IMG/VR virus record: IMGVR_UViG_3300027659_000206
Span: 1-24,205 of that record
DNA from: a virus
Lineage: Duplodnaviria > Caudoviricetes
DNA length: 24,205 nt
Reading direction: 5' to 3' (one strand)
In this document: positions 23,273 through 24,205 of the stretch, one piece after another
Position numbering within the stretch: the first letter of the stretch is position 1
How the letters are laid out: each line of letters opens with the position of its first letter
Position numbers and translations under genes: made by a program
Notes under the pieces: model-generated
Seen by the model: only the letters and a program-made list of their open reading frames with translations
Database searches by the model: none
Told to the model about the DNA's origin: nothing

Positions 23273-23902
23273 TTATTGTTCTTTTTCAAATAAAGCTTTT
23301 AATCTCTCATATTCAGAACGATCTCGTGTCATTCGATCCTCCAACTTTTCTTTTTCGTATATTAATCTGTTTTCATATTCAAGATCAGTTTCAAATCGTT
23401 TACCACGAAGCTTGAGATGATACCCACCTTCATAGCAAGGATCTTCGTAGATTTGTAGATCGGTCCAATCTTTTGAATATTTTTCTTGTAGTGATTGAAG
23501 ATATTCAATTGCTTCTTCAATACTCATCTCGTCTAAATCAAGATCAGTAGTATCTATTTTGTGAATTAATTTTTTTTCTTCCCATCTTCTAAGTGTCCGC
23601 AAGAATGCTTCGGCGCGTTGGGCAGCGGTTGCTTCTGTTGCTTCCGAATACCCATTCAGGGAAATTGCACCGCTGACAACAGCGCAAAAACAATCAAAGT
23701 AACGATGCTTGAGATTTTGCGGTAAACTTTTTACGGCTTCGTGAGTCGCGTTGATGTCATTGAGGTAGTCTGGGACTTCTTCATCAAATGGAAAGTTTTT
23801 GAAACCAGTCATAACTTTGATAGTTCCCCCAGTTAAGCGAATCGCTACATCTTTATAACCACACGCTTCAGCGATGGCGATTCTTTGTTGTTCAGGACTC
23901 AT
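23273..23902 (-). CDS. Hypothetical protein, apparently two fused phage domains
   Basis: 209 aa. N-terminal half RIAIAEACG..PDYLND..ATAAQRAEAFLRT. Acidic C-terminal half ending RFETDLEYENR..EYERLKALFE. Confidence 0.7.
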   Translation of the reverse strand: MSPEQQRIAIAEACGYKDVAIRLTGGTIKVMTGFKNFPFDEEVPDYLNDINATHEAVKSLPQNLKHRYFDCFCAVVSGAISLNGYSEATEATAAQRAEAFLRTLRRWEEKKLIHKIDTTDLDLDEMSIEEAIEYLQSLQEKYSKDWTDLQIYEDPCYEGGYHLKLRGKRFETDLEYENRLIYEKEKLEDRMTRDRSEYERLKALFEKEQ

Positions 23903-24203
23903 TTTCGTTTCTTTTGGATTCGGTTAGCAGAGAATTGATTCGGTCCATGTCGTGCATCTGGCTGCGGCAGCTATCCGCGATCTCGAACGATTGGCACTCA
24001 TTGCAGAATTGTGCGTGACCGTAGATTTGCATCACGGTTCCCATTGCTTTCCGTGCAATCTTGATTGCCTCGTCCCGCTCGCGTTCCAGCTTGCGGGCAT
24101 GGTCGTAGCCGTCGTACGGGAACACGGCGTCCGGCCCGTAGCTCTCGATGTATGCCGCTATTGACTCGCGCTCGGCTTGGTCTGTCTCTGGTGTGTCGCT
24201 CAT
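23892..24203 (-). CDS. Hypothetical phage protein (MSDTPETD...ARKLERERDEA type)
   Basis: 103 aa, clearly GC-richer than the rest of the window. Confidence 0.7.
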   Translation of the reverse strand: MSDTPETDQAERESIAAYIESYGPDAVFPYDGYDHARKLERERDEAIKIARKAMGTVMQIYGHAQFCNECQSFEIADSCRSQMHDMDRINSLLTESKRNENES

Positions 24204-24205
24204 GT

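Noticed and set aside
238-24164. Plus-strand ORFs and short nested minus-strand ORFs from the track (e.g. 238..591, 16542..16958, 18272..18721, 20426..21025, 5210..5464, 16220..16420)
   Set aside because: They lie antisense to or inside well-supported genes and show no recognisable motifs, so they are treated as shadow ORFs.

Overview
A 24.2 kb, AT-rich segment of a T4-like (Tevenvirinae/Kyanoviridae-type) myovirus genome, with all credible genes on the minus strand. In transcription order (right to left): small accessory/early ORFs (metallophosphoesterase, 3D-domain protein, histone-like protein); a cytosine-modification block (gp42-like dCMP hydroxymethylase, GIY-YIG homing endonuclease, a small basic protein missed by the ORF track, an alpha-helical nucleotide pyrophosphatase-like protein, a putative GT-B glycosyltransferase at the T4 beta-gt position); a uvsX recombinase gene broken into two ORFs by a naturally split intein, with a free-standing HNH endonuclease between the halves; a 2OG-Fe(II) oxygenase; a gp40-position ORF; a gp41 helicase with a 136-aa mini-intein in its P-loop; a late-promoter (TATAAATA) cluster whose products often start with a T4 capsid-targeting-like peptide (AAA+ ATPase, ligase-fold protein, HxGH nucleotidyltransferase, basic and acidic core-like proteins); and a 3'-truncated nrdB also missed by the ORF track. 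The best-supported unusual system is the fractured uvsX/split-intein/HNH locus. The most speculative is a putative set of capsid-packaged enzymes. Family names come from recognising motifs by eye, not from database searches.
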